NCBI GenBank assembly: GCA_964016885.1
Contig: OZ024743.1
Coordinates: forward strand, 345,340,001 to 345,404,000
Direction: 5' to 3'
DNA: 64,000 nt
From: Eledone cirrhosa
Lineage: Eukaryota
Part shown: in pieces, positions 1 through 12,384 of the stretch
Numbering within the stretch: position 1 is the stretch's first letter
Layout of the letters: every line of letters begins with the position of its first letter
Made by a program: the position numbers and the translations under genes
Notes under the pieces: generated by a model
Seen by the model: the letters and a program-made list of their open reading frames with translations, nothing else
Database searches by the model: none
What the model was told of the DNA's origin: nothing

Positions 1-43
1 TATGCACGGACGATTTTTTATGAATTATTGGATAGCAAATGTT

Positions 44-100
44 TATGTATGTATGTATGTATGTATGTATGTATGTATGTATGTATGTATGTATGTATGT
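44..100. repeat. (TATG)n microsatellite
   Basis: Direct tetranucleotide repeat; it resumes at ~706 after the RTE-derived element. Confidence 0.95.
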
Positions 101-708
101 CAGGTCACCAGTTGGTGCTACTGGTAACATGTATCCCAGTACAACCTGTCCCATGGTCGGGTCGTTGGCGACTAAACTGGCAACCCCACCAAGGTTTCTT
201 GGTGAGGAGGGTGACTTTGGACATCCTGCAGGACTAAAAACAAAACCTGTCAAAGGGCAAAGGAGCTCTTAAGAGTCAATGGCCATCCAAAATCACCGGG
301 AGAGATGACCCCTTAGCCTTTGTCAAGGCAGAATTCTAGGAGAAGGAAAACTCTGATATAACACCTGCAACCCTGATGGTATCCAATGATGTTGACTTGT
401 TCTTCTTTTTGGTAAATATCATCTTGGTTAAGAGAGTGGGACTGGCTTTGTGCAGTGCCTTTGCTCACTATAAAAGCTTCACGGCACAGGCATTGCTTTA
501 TATCTGGAGATCTCTCTGCACTTGTCGTCACATGGTACCATGGGCCCAGCACTATGTGTCAGTAATTGTCACAAGTGTAGTGTTTGTACCAGCGTTTTCA
601 AGTCGCTGGCTGGACTAAAAAGTCACACTCGTTCAGCGCATCGGTAGGGGTTCTCCTACATGGATATAAAGTAGTGGCCGTACTCGAAAACGAGTTGGCA
701 GCCATCAT
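101..708 (+). mobile_element. Non-autonomous, internally deleted RTE-clade LINE derivative (5' UTR-like region plus ORF C-terminus and 3' UTR)
   Basis: 570-647 translates HKCSVCTSVFKSLAGLKSHTRSAHR*, a C2H2 finger of the kind ending RTE ORFs. A short 3' UTR with a ctcg-aaaa-cgag hairpin follows, ending gccatcat. No endonuclease or RT motifs lie between the ends. Flanked by (TATG)n on both sides. Confidence 0.65.
103..180 (+). ncRNA. Candidate HDV-like ribozyme at the RTE 5' end
   Basis: P2-like CCAGT(136-140)/ACTGG(176-180), then GG, a P4-like hairpin tcg-ttgg-cga and C-TAA. P1/P3 are weak and L3 looks short. Confidence 0.3.
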
Positions 709-1512
709 GTATGTATGTATGTATGTATGTATATATATATATATATATATATGTCTGTATGCATGTATGTATGTACATATGGATGCAAATGTATGCATAC
801 ATAAATGTGTGTATGCTTGTACGTAGGTCTGTGTGTGTGCATGTATGTAAGTACATATGGATGCAGGTATGTATGCTTGTGCGTAGGTCTGTGTGAGTAT
901 GTACGCGTTCGAATTTTTCTAAGTTTTGTAGTGGTGCTTATAATGCTTAATTTTAGGGTTTGGGGGATCGGACTGTATATTATAAGTAATGGGTTAACAT
1001 TGAAAACGGGAGGGCTTTACAGATTGTGGACGTGAGGGCGATGAGTTTGGGTGGGGGTAACAAAGAAAGATAAATAACGAGGGTATCAAAGATTGTTGTT
1101 GGCCAAACGATGAGAAAGATAGCTAGAGATAAATAGAAGATATCATAATCCTATCAATATTGAAATCAAACCGAATGATTAATGAACTAGTATCATTCAT
1201 CTTCATCGATTCCTACCTCCTTACTCCCACAACCACGTGCAATTTCCCGCCATTTACTCATCTATTTGGTTAGATTTGAGAGTGTCTTCAAACCGTGACA
1301 GTTGCCATTGATGTCTGAGAGCATGGAGGTGGAGCGCATACGAGGTATGGTGGGAATATATTATTTTACACTTTTGCGAAATGTAGACGTTCCTGCCTTT
1401 AGGTTGTAGCCATGCTGGGTCACCACAATCAAATCTCCCCCCCCCCCCTCGTCCACACACCTACACACACATATATATGTGTATAATATATATACATATA
1501 TATATATATATA

Positions 1513-1939
<427 letters not shown>

Positions 1940-2012
1940 AATATATATATATATAGTACCGATCGTGTTCTTATTTCTGTTTAGCTTTTACACACACACA
2001 CACACACATACG

Positions 2013-2123
<111 letters not shown>

Positions 2124-2401
2124 TAATAAAACCAATGAATAAAAACAAAACAAGTTCCTTATATTAAAAAATTCATCATATTACGATCGTTTCTAGAATA
2201 TATATGTGTTTTGGTATGTATATCATATAGATCTATGTAAAAATATTACAAACTATCAGAGGAAATATACATACCTTCACATATATATGCTGTCTTCAGA
2301 AATAATATATATATATATATATAAATAAAATAAAATATATATAAATGCAAATGTATGTATTCATATATACACATGTGTAAGTATTTATGTGTGTATATAG
2401 G

Positions 2402-2456
<55 letters not shown>

Positions 2457-2672
2457 TTATATATATAGGAACGAGTAGGACCCCGACGGCTGAGCTCAAG
2501 CCGTTTCGACGGCTAATTCTGGACTCAGAGTCCATAATTCCTATTACCCACTCTACTACCCTAAGTATTGAGTACTTTGGTGCGTTATGGTTCACCTGGT
2601 TCCTTACCACATTTCCTTCGTTATATATATATATATGTGTGTGTATGTGTGTTTGTTTGTATGTGCGCGCGC

Positions 2673-2723
<51 letters not shown>

Positions 2724-2846
2724 TATGTCTGTATATATACAGAGAGGGATAACGAGAAAAGAATGGAGGAAAAGAAAGAGAATGAGAGAGAGAGCGAGAC
2801 AAGTGTGGTCTATAGTTATATATAGTTATATATAGATTGATAGATA

Positions 2847-4071
2847 TGTTTCTTTTATTTGCCACCAGGGCATCAAAAGTGGGACAAGTACAATGGGGGG
2901 AGTTTACAAAACAAGGCGTCCTCAATAAGGAGGAGGCAATAACAATATATAAAAATAAAATAAAATATAACAAAAAATAAAATTTATAACACAGTCCTCA
3001 ATAGAGAGGAGGCGCCTTGGGGGGTCGCACACACCCCCGAAAAAAGTGTGCAACCCTTCTCCTCAGGAGCACAGAGAAGGGGTGCTCCCTTGGTCTTTCA
3101 TCTTCCTCACCTATAGTCTGATGTAGAGTGAAGGCCCATTCACACGGGCCATTCTCGCCACTTTCACCCATCTTTCATAGAAACGGCTGGGGTGCAGCAC
3201 CTCTCTCTCCATCCTGATCCTTCTTCCGAAATGATATCGGAAGAAACGGACCAGTTGTTGGCCAGAGAGAAAGGTGCCTGACCTCAGTCCTTTTAGACGC
3301 GTCCACCATACAACCTCTTTCGCCATGGCTATTACGCACAGAAACACCGCCTCTGCTTCATCTTTGAAGGGGGGAGGCGGCTTGATCATTACAATAGACT
3401 CGGTGGTCAACCGGATCGGTCCCACCCTTGACAGCAGTTGTTCGACATAGCCCCACAGATCGGCTACGCCCGAGCAGTGTACCAATGCGTGTGCAACGGT
3501 TTCCTCGTCGCACACGCATCTGGGACAGATCTTTTTGGCGGGGTCCCTACCCGGGCGCCCGTGTCTGTAGAGCCTTTCTCGGACGGGTAAAGCTCCTCGG
3601 TAGCACTGCCAGGCCAGGGACTTCTGGAAGTTGTCCATAGGTCCCGGGCTGAATGTCCTACCGAACAGGCCGGCCAGTTCGTCCTCCTCCATGTCTAGGG
3701 CTTCTCCGAGGGCGTCGTCGCACCTGCTGCGTACCAGCCCTCTATAGAATGTTGCGGTGGAGTCTCCACTGATAACCGGATCCGCCTGCCAGAGGGCGGT
3801 GAGCGCCTGGGAACACTCAGTGTGCCAGGCGCCCAGTTTTCTCGGTCTTTGCTTGACCCAGGATTGCAGCTCGGTGAGTGAGACGAGTCTGGGAAAGGTT
3901 CGTCTCACAAACGAGGCCCACACCGGTTGTCCGGTGAGGAATACGTAGAGGTGCCGTAGCCTTAATGCGTGTTTACGCATCATTAGCCACGGCATCCCCA
4001 GCCCTCCTTTCGAAGGGTGTTGACAGCAGATGGATCTCCTCACCATAGGAGCCCGCCTCTTCCAAAGGAAG
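2847..4071 (-). mobile_element. 5'-truncated L1/Tx1-clade LINE (ORF2 C-terminus plus 3' UTR) with 15-bp TSD
   Basis: ORF 3111-4046 has FLWK..KGGLG.P and the zf-RVT-type motif W..YRGALPV..CPRC..EET..HAL..C. The 3' end is aataaaagaaac. ATAGATTGATAGATA is repeated at 2832-2846 and 4072-4086. Confidence 0.92.
3111..4070 (-). pseudogene. Truncated LINE ORF2 fragment (post-RT region and CCHC zinc finger), uninterrupted frame
   Basis: 311-aa open frame with LINE ORF2 C-terminal motifs; no native start or RT catalytic domain. Confidence 0.88.
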
Positions 4072-4099
4072 ATAGATTGATAGATAAAAGAGATATTGG

Positions 4100-4901
4100 G
4101 TGTGTTTGTGTTTGAATGTATGGATACTTGTATGTACGTATGTAATTATATATGTATGTATGTATGTTTCTTTGTATGTATGTTTGTATATGTGTATGTA
4201 TGTTTGTATGTATGTATGTTTGTATGTTTGTATGTATGTTTGTATGTATGTATGTATGTATGTTTGTTTGAATGTATGTATGTTTGTTTTTATATATGTA
4301 TGTATGTATGTTTGTATGTATGTATGTTTGTATGTATGTATGTTTGTATGTATGTTTGTATGTTTGTATGTATGTATGTTTGTATGTATGTATGTATGTT
4401 TGTATGTATGTATGTTTGTATGTATGTATGTGTGTGTGTTTGTATGTATATATGTATGTATGTTTGTATGTATGTATGTATGTATGTTTGTATGCATGTA
4501 TGTTTGTATGTATGTATGTATGTATATTAGTATGTTTGTATGTATGTATGTATGTATGTATGTATGTATGTATGTATGTATGTGTGTATGTTTGTATGTA
4601 TGTATGTTTGTATGTATGTATGTTTGTATATATGTATGTATGTTTGTATGTATCTATGAATGTATATATGTATGAATGTATGTATGTATGAATGTATGTA
4701 TGTTTTTATGAATATATGTATGTAAGTATATATACATATACTATATATATATACATATATACATATATGTATGTATGTAAGTATGTATGTATATATGTAT
4801 GTAGGTATGTATGTATGTATGTATGTTTTTATGAATATATGTATGTAAGTATGTATATATATATATATACTATATATATATATATATATATACATATATA
4901 C

Positions 4902-4934
<33 letters not shown>

Positions 4935-5010
4935 TGTATGTATGTATGTATGTAGGTATGTATGTATGTATGTATATTTGTATGTATGCATGTAAGTATG
5001 CATATATGTA
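4100..5010. repeat. Compound (TATG/TTTG)n and (TA)n microsatellite
   Basis: Directly visible. Confidence 0.95.
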
Positions 5011-5189
5011 AGTGTGCGTGCGTGTCTGCGCAGCATGTGTTGTATAAGGAAGCAATATAAAAAGTAACAGATAGCAAGGGAGGCCGCTAACTCAATTATC
5101 CTGGGTCATTTATCTAAATAAAAGTTGTTATTGTAGATGGTGAGCTTGTAGTATTTGCCCTTGCTGTGTTTGTTGTAATAATAGCAGTT

Positions 5190-5204
5190 GTTTTTGTAGT
5201 AGTC

Positions 5205-5236
<32 letters not shown>

Positions 5237-5237
5237 T

Positions 5238-5279
<42 letters not shown>

Positions 5280-5312
5280 AAAGTAGTCATAGTAGTAGTA
5301 GTTGTTGCTGTT

Positions 5313-5353
<41 letters not shown>

Positions 5354-5575
5354 TGTTGTTGTAGTAGTAGTAGTAGTAGAAGTTTTATTACTAGTATTAG
5401 TAGTAGTTTTATTAGTAGTAGTAGTAGTAGTTGTAGAAGTGGTAGTAGTAGTATTAGTAGCAGTAGTAGTAGTAATAGTAATAGTAGTCATCATCGCCGC
5501 CGTCGTCGTCGTCGTCGTCGTCGTCGTAGTAGTAGTAATAGTAGTAGTAGTAGTAGTAGTAGTAGTAGCAGCAGC

Positions 5576-5618
<43 letters not shown>

Positions 5619-5660
5619 ATGCTGGTGGTAATAATCATTTTAGTAGTATTTGTAGCAGCC
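5190..5660. repeat. (GTA)n/(GTC)n trinucleotide repeat
   Basis: Directly visible; source of the poly-T/poly-V ORFs. Confidence 0.95.
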
Positions 5661-6077
5661 TCATTACAAAATATTGGAAACACAGTCACGTCACTGAAAA
5701 CTGAGTATTTGGATTGAACTATATTTTGTAGAAAGAAATACTGGTCTGATGTATCTGATAAGGGAATATATTGAATAGCATATGCCCCTTTCTAGTCGTC
5801 AGGTAACCTCAGTTTATTACCTATCAAAGTGAACTATGGTCATCAGTTATGGGTTAATTGTTGATTTGAGAAATAAACATCATAAGAAATATGCTCGACA
5901 TATGTTTATGTTAGAAGATTAAATTAGTCAAAGTAACCTTCGGGTACAATGGGCAGTTTTCCCTAAAGAAAAATAATACACATGCAAAGATACACAATTT
6001 CAGTTTCATCAGTGTCCACACACACCTACATACACATAAACAAACACACCTATATATATAATAATAATAATAATAAT

Positions 6078-6262
6078 TCTTTCTACGTTAGGCACAAGGC
6101 CAGCAAACACCCAGTGTATTACTGGTACTTTATTTTATCGACCCCGTAAGGATGAAAGGCAAAGTTAACCTCGGCGGGATTTGAACTCAGATCGTAAAGG
6201 GACGTAACTATGCTGGAAAGCATGACGTCCGACCCTCTACTGATACTGCCAATCCACCGCCC
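6078..6262 (-). mobile_element. tRNA-derived SINE (family A)
   Basis: Minus strand reads gggcggtggattggcagtatcagtaga (A-box-like), gagttcaaatccc (B box), central gcctttcatccttacggggtcgataaaataaagtaccag and tail ggccttgtgcctaacgtagaaa. About 10 copies in the window. Confidence 0.9.
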
Positions 6263-6401
6263 TGCCATAAAATAATAATATATATATATTAGTAAAAGGA
6301 AAAGAAAATGCTGACAAATTTTTCCCAGTGAAAAATAGTTTAATTAGGAATAAGTATAACTTAGTAATAAGTATTGGTTAGTATTCAGTTTTAGTTTTAA
6401 G

Positions 6402-6438
6402 TTTTTACCGGTTGCGCATTGCTAATGCTTTTCAAAAA
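6402..6438 (-). ncRNA. Degenerate minimal hammerhead motif, U3-A8 variant
   Basis: Minus strand tttt-TTGAAAA-gcatt-agc-aatgc-GCAA-ccgg-TA-aaaa; GAAA is mutated to GCAA. Confidence 0.55.
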
Positions 6439-6509
6439 TAATTTTGAGATAGAGCGCTCGTGATGTTTGCACTGGCTGGGCGGGCAGGCCGATATATATA
6501 TATACATAT

Positions 6510-7015
6510 ATATATATTATGTGTGTGAATATATATATATATGTATATGCATCTTATGTATATAGATGTTACAGGATCCTATATATTTGGCAATACATAT
6601 TTCAGTGACACCTGTCATATACGATCATTATCATTACAAGAATAATCGGCACTGCTGTGACATCATCAGATGTTAATATAATTATGTGGGGAAATTGATA
6701 TGTTTGCAGGCAAAAACCCTTCCATATAGGGGCTCTACAATGTTCTGTTAACATCTGATGATGTCACACCGGTGCCTGTTGCTGCTGTAATAATAAATAC
6801 AATTATGCAACAGATGTTGTTAATTTCAAGCATAGAAACTCAACGTTTGATCGCCACCGTTATGCTGGATAGACACGACTGACGTGGAGCGCTCTTATCC
6901 TGACTACATCGGTTTATCAACGAGATGCCGTAACTCAACTCTTGCAGATAAGCAACACATTATATATATATATATATATAAATATATATATATATTCACA
7001 CACATAATATATATA
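6510..7015. repeat. Fold-back region with outer and inner inverted repeats, probably PLE-derived
   Basis: Outer IR attatgtgtgtgaatat / atattcacacacataat. Inner IR tgtgacatcatcagatgttaa (6656-6676) / ttaacatctgatgatgtcaca (6748-6768) contains CTGATGA. Confidence 0.55.
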
Positions 7016-7022
7016 TATATAT

Positions 7023-7269
7023 AGGAGGAGGTTATAGTTCACTTGAAGCATTGTGTAATGAGGTATAAACGTTTGTATATGTATAATAAAGCCAAGACAA
7101 TGCAGGTATGGACATAGAATAAAGAATGCAAATGCAAAGAAGAAGAGATATTATCTCGAAAATTAAGGACATTTAAATAAATCTAAGGTAAAAGACTAAT
7201 TGTCAACAATATCTTTTGCATTTGCATTCTTTATTCTATGTCCATACCTGCATTGTTTTGGCTTTATTA

Positions 7270-7272
<3 letters not shown>
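7023..7272 (-). repeat. Fold-back element with ~55-bp arms and a one-sided tail
   Basis: 7084-7138 and 7216-7270 are near-perfect inverted repeats. One arm abuts (TA)n and the other carries a ~60-bp extension. Confidence 0.75.
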
Positions 7273-7340
<68 letters not shown>

Positions 7341-7348
<8 letters not shown>

Positions 7349-7562
7349 TTTTTAAAATAACAGATTAAAGTTTAAGCAAAGAATCACTGCTTTCACCCTT
7401 AACGGGAAATTCTGAATTTCCCGTTAAGGGTGAAAGCAGCGATTCTTTGCTTAAACTTTAATGTTATTTTAATAAATATTTGCTCTACGGTTCTTATATA
7501 TTTGATATATATTTATCCTTATCGAGCCCTCTTTGGATTTTAGTATTCAAATTTTTAATTAT

Positions 7563-7566
<4 letters not shown>
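7341..7566 (+). mobile_element. Near-perfect palindrome (~70-bp arms, 1-nt loop) from a PLE-type pLTR; same family as 30390-30512
   Basis: Centre ...ccttaacgggaaattc-t-gaatttcccgttaagg... at 7413; contains the HHR half ccc-gttaa-ggg-t-GAAA. Confidence 0.75.
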
Positions 7567-7600
<34 letters not shown>

Positions 7601-7608
<8 letters not shown>

Positions 7609-8123
7609 ATACTTTGGGAGGGTCATCTTGCCAATAAGAAACACACGCACCAGTTGCTTTCACTTCAATTTATTATAATAAATTTATAAATTTAGGAATT
7701 TATAAATTTCCGGTTGGTTGGCTGGTTGGTTGGTTGGTTCCACAACCAGATGGTTGTTTATATATTGTCAAAGTTCTTTCGTCACACATTCTGTGACCTC
7801 TTCAGTGACTGGGGATTCTTTTCTTTGTTTGTGTGCCTCACCTTTGTTCTTTCCTACGCCATCTTGTTTCTGCGTGTGTGTTGTGTGCTCAGTCTGCGCA
7901 TGCGCCACATGCGGATGTCTGTGTGTGTTTATATTCGTTTATTTATTTGTTTATTTACATGTTACTGGTTGGTTGTTTGTTCTATGTGCGTGTGTGTTTT
8001 CATTTTGTCCTTAATTGTAAGTTGTGATGCTGCTGTTCCACTCATGTGGAAAGCAACTGGTGCGTGTGTTTCTTATTGGCAACATGACCCTCCCAAAGTA
8101 TAACAATATCGGTTTCAACACAC
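7601..8123. mobile_element. Non-autonomous PLE-type fold-back element with HHR (family shared with 11494-12115)
   Basis: ~63-bp terminal inverted repeats (7601-7663 / 8046-8109), a short tail ggtttcaacacac, and an HHR on the minus strand. Confidence 0.75.
7767..7809 (-). ncRNA. Minimal type I hammerhead ribozyme motif
   Basis: gtca-CTGAAGA-g-gtcac-agaatgt-gtgac-GAAA-gaac-TT-tgac: perfect 4-bp stem I, 5-bp stem II, one extra G after A9. Confidence 0.8.
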
Positions 8124-8136
8124 GTTTTCAGAAACG

Positions 8137-8175
<39 letters not shown>

Positions 8176-8379
8176 CACACATAAACGCACGTATGCACAT
8201 ACTTAAATCACATACATATATGTAGTTTAGACAAGTATAAAGAGGCCCAGTAATTTGTTGTCCGTGGTTAAATCGGTGGGTAATCGACAGCTTAGAGAGG
8301 GAGTGTCCCAAGGTGCCAGATAGATTCCAGTGTCACTTAGACGAATGCAGAAATTACAATAGCACAAACACTTTTAATG

Positions 8380-9290
8380 TGACACTTGAAACTAAGACTG
8401 CGTTATCTTTAACTATATATAGACTACCCGTTCCAGACACAGAACTCAGGCTGGAAACTAGAAACGGTGAAGTTCATATCTTCCATTCATAATAATCTAA
8501 ACACATGGCCTCCAAATACCTGAATTGCCATAGCTCTGCGGTATCATATATCAGCCAAATAGCTTATCTAGTAAGTGGAATGAAAAATGTGCCCTCCATA
8601 TGCGATTCCAGTGGACTTGAAAAACATCCGCAGCATTTCCTCCACCGTTTGCAGTTCTCCGGTAACCATTAACTGGATAATATTCTACACAGGAAACAGG
8701 GAAAAACTGAAAACAATCATGGATAATAATGTAAATAAATGATGTCCCATTTATAGCCGCAGGCATGTAATGGAATAGAAAGGATAAGGAAGAAAGTATA
8801 AATAGTGAATTCATGCTATGTCAAGGCAAATTGCCAGAGCATGATGTTCATAGATGCTACCCAAAGGGGCGAACGAGAATATAGATGTAAAAAGGCTTTT
8901 GTTGAACAGAAACTTAAGATTATTGTAGAAGGAACAGATGTCTTTGTTAAATCCCAAATAAATTAGTCTTATATTTTAAAGAAACTTTTCTGCACTGAAA
9001 GAAATTGCGTAGTGTGTAAGGAAAGCTTACAGATACATTATGGGACGAGAAATATGTTGTAGACTCTATACTGTAGAGTATAAGGTGCATTGTTTAGTGT
9101 AGAAACATTAACATAAGATATATAGGAGAAACGGCACGTAGTGTAAGAGAAAGGATAAAGGAGCTCAAGTGATAATTAACAAACGTCGAGGTGAGGTTCC
9201 ATGTGACGCAATGATTAAGGAGATCAAAGAAGCCACTCATGCAGCAGAAATACATTTTGCCCTTAAAAGGAAGCAGAAGTGGAATGACAA
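8380..9290 (+). pseudogene. Highly degenerate Penelope-like ORF (RT thumb to GIY-YIG)
   Basis: Frameshifted fragments KHMASKYL..HSSA, RLQFSG, MMFIDATQRGE, CTERNCVVCKE and RYIGETARSVRERIKE. Confidence 0.7.
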
Positions 9291-9594
9291 GAGTTCCTCT
9301 ACCTAGTGACTAATGCATTTCCACACATAGAGATATAGAAGTATTAATGCATGAACAGATATCAATTCATTAGAAAGATGTGAATGGGTGTATAAACATG
9401 CACATATATATTTAAGGGTATATGAAGACTAATGAGAATTTTCCAGGATACACAGATACACTACATACGTACATTTGTGGGTGAAACAATATATAAGCGC
9501 ACACACATACTCACACACACACACAAGCGCACATATACACGCTCTCACACATGCCAGCGCACAAACACGTATACACATAGAATGATAATAGCAA

Positions 9595-9808
9595 TTTCTA
9601 GTATAGGCGCAAGGCCAATAATTTGGCGGGGGGGGGGGGGGTCGATTAAATCGACCCCTGTATGTCACTGGTGCTTTATTTTAACAACCCCGTAAGGATG
9701 AAAGCCAAAGTTAACCTCGGCGGGATTTGAACTCAGAACGTAAAGAGACTTAATTATGCCGCGAAGCAAGGTGTGCGACGCTCTACCGATTCTGCCAATT
9801 CACCGCCC
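9595..9808 (-). mobile_element. tRNA-derived SINE (family A, longer variant with gtcga hairpin and poly-C)
   Basis: Same head, B box, central domain and tail as 6078-6262. Confidence 0.88.
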
Positions 9809-10410
9809 TGCATATAATGATAATAATAAAAACAAGAAAAGTGACCATAATATTAGCAAGATTTAAAATATATAACATAGAAGGAAGAATAGCTACAAGA
9901 ATAAAACCAATAATGTACACACACTACAGATGGGAAGACAAGCAGAAAGAGGAGAAGATGGAATATGGTGGAAGTAAATTCGAGAAGGAGAGGAAACTCA
10001 GAGGGAAAATATCATTAGTAATGTCACCGATGGTGTGATGAAAGCATTGACAATTAGATAAATATTCGAACTGGTTAATTAACTAACTGACGTATGGGAA
10101 ATGTATCTGGTTAATGATAAAACTGAAGGGAAACGAAACCGGTTCCTCTGATTGTACTGGAAGCATGAACAACCCTAAGTAAAAGAATCATTCAACACAT
10201 GATTTCAGATTAAATATCCCGCAAAAGAAATACAAAAACGATGCACGTACATATATGAATATATAGGGTATAATCATTAGAAGGTGCTCGCCCTTCGTTC
10301 GTATATAAGGTCATCATTTATATCTATGTTGTGGAAGACACGGCCACATTTCAGTTTGAATTATATTATTATACTCTTATTAGCAGAAACAATTATTATA
10401 CTCTTATTAA

Positions 10411-10600
10411 GGGCGGTGGATTGGCAGTATCGGTAGAGGGTTGGACGCCATGCTTTGCAGCAAAGACTTACAGCCCTTTATGTTCTGAGTTCAAATCCCG
10501 CTGAGGTTAACTTTGCCTTTCATCCTTACGGGGTCGATAAAATAAAGTACCAGTAATGCACTGGGTTATTTCTGGCCTTGTGCCAAAAGTAGAAACAATT
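10411..10600 (+). mobile_element. tRNA-derived SINE (family A)
   Basis: Full-length copy flanked by the direct repeat agaaacaattattatactcttatta (10385-10409, 10591-10615). Confidence 0.9.
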
Positions 10601-10618
10601 ATTATACTCTTATTATAA

Positions 10619-10812
10619 GGGCGGTAAATTGGCACTATCGGTAGAAGGTCGGACGCCACGCTTTGCAGCATAGAGTTACGGCCCATTAAGGTCTGAGTTC
10701 AAATCCCGCCGAGGTTAACCTTGCCTTTCTTCCTTACGGGGTCGAGAAAATAAGGCACCAGTAATGCACAGGGGTAATTGTTGGCCTCGTGCCAAAAGTA
10801 GAAATAATTATT
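10619..10812 (+). mobile_element. tRNA-derived SINE (family A), tandem with the previous copy
   Basis: Full-length copy in head-to-tail arrangement. Confidence 0.9.
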
Positions 10813-11142
10813 ATAATATTTTTGTATTGACTAATAAGTACTCGCCAGCTCGTTTGTAACAACAAATTCCTAAGTTTATAATTCTATGAATACATATACA
10901 TATCGAGTACAACATGTTAAAAATCGTTGCAGTGAAAACATCTATTCAACTCACACCAATCGGGATGGAGATGCAGACGAACTCCTTGAATTAGAGTTGA
11001 TCTTCCAGTGGAAATGTTCCAACTTCCTTATGTTTTGTGTTAAACAAAATAACATCTCCCATCAAAACGGTGGAAGCTTAACCGTCGATTCTACAACAAT
11101 GTCTATACTGTACTTTTAATAATTATGGAGTATTAAGTTATA

Positions 11143-11277
11143 TAATTGTTTCTACGTTAGGCACAAGGCCAGCAATTATCCAGTGCATTACTGGTACTTT
11201 ATTTTATCGACCCCGTAAGGATGAAAGGCAAAGTCAACCTCGGCGGGATTTGATCTCAGATCGTAAAGGGACGTAAC
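11143..11277 (-). mobile_element. 5'-truncated SINE (family A)
   Basis: Tail, central domain and B box present; head missing. Confidence 0.85.
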
Positions 11278-11419
11278 ATATTAAGTTATATAATGTTCAT
11301 ATTAGACCTAACTAGGAAAATACGCGCGCACACGTATACACATATACACTCACACACGCATGCACATACCACACACACACATATACATATGTATATAACT
11401 ATAACTATATACATATGTA

Positions 11420-11453
<34 letters not shown>

Positions 11454-11454
11454 C

Positions 11455-11493
<39 letters not shown>

Positions 11494-11501
<8 letters not shown>

Positions 11502-12115
11502 ATACTTGGGGAGGGTCATATTTGTGTAATATTGCCAGAATTAATAACAGAACACACTCACTGTTTGGTTGGTCTTCGCTTTTCGCTTCTGTGTCTTTTA
11601 TATCGGTTAATTTAATTTATTCGGTCCTCAATGTTGCCATTGACTGACCAACGGTCAAAAATACAGATACAATATAGACACAAACACATATATATAGTTA
11701 ATCAAAGTTCTTTCGTTGCACATCTGCAACCACTTCAGTGGTTCTACTGTTTCCTCCCGTTGCATTGTATTTTCTACGCCATCTTATACAAATAAAATAC
11801 AAATAAAATACAATAAAATACAAAAATACAATGCAAAGGTAGGAAACAATAGCACCATTGACGATGTTGCAGATGTGCAACGAAAGAACTTTGATAAACT
11901 ATATATATATATGTTTGTGTCTATATTGTATCTGTATTTTTGACCGTTGGTCAGTCAATGGCAACATTGAGGACCGAATAAATTAAATTAACCGATATAA
12001 AACACACAGAAGCGAAAAGCGAAAATCAACCAAACAGTGTGTTCTGTTATTAATTCTGGCAATATTACACACATATGACCCTCCCCAAGTATAACAATAT
12101 TTGTTTCGACACACA
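11494..12115. mobile_element. Large palindromic PLE-type element (~280-bp arms) with an HHR motif in each arm
   Basis: 11494-~11773 is inverted against ~11822-12100. HHRs lie at 11701-11742 (-) and 11855-11895 (+). Termini and tail match those of 7601-8123. Confidence 0.85.
11855..11895 (+). ncRNA. Hammerhead motif (degenerate core)
   Basis: cca-TTGACGA-t-gttgca-gatg-tgcaac-GAAA-gaac-TT-tgat. The mirror copy at 11701-11742 (-) has CTGAAGT-g. Confidence 0.65.
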
Positions 12116-12159
12116 TTCGATTTCATATCAAAAACCTCGCAAAACTAATTCATCGCCGT

Positions 12160-12336
12160 TGGCGGATTGGCAGTATCAGTAGAGGGCCGGACGCCATGCT
12201 TTCCAGCATAGTTACGCCCCTTTACGATCTGAGTTCAAATCCCGCCGAGGTTGACTTTGCCTTTATCGAGGTCGATAAAATAAAGTACCAGTAATGCACT
12301 GGGTAATTTGCTGGCCTTGTGCCTAAAGTAGAGACA
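12160..12336 (+). mobile_element. tRNA-derived SINE (family A)
   Basis: Head, B box gagttcaaatccc and tail present; small central deletion. Confidence 0.88.

Positions 12337-12384
<48 letters not shown>

Noticed and set aside
5114-5717. Poly-Thr / poly-Val ORFs
   Set aside because: (GTA)n trinucleotide repeat with no unique coding flanks.
10122-10150. ctgaagggaaacgaaaccggtt hammerhead-like string
   Set aside because: No stem I and essentially no stem II; could be chance.
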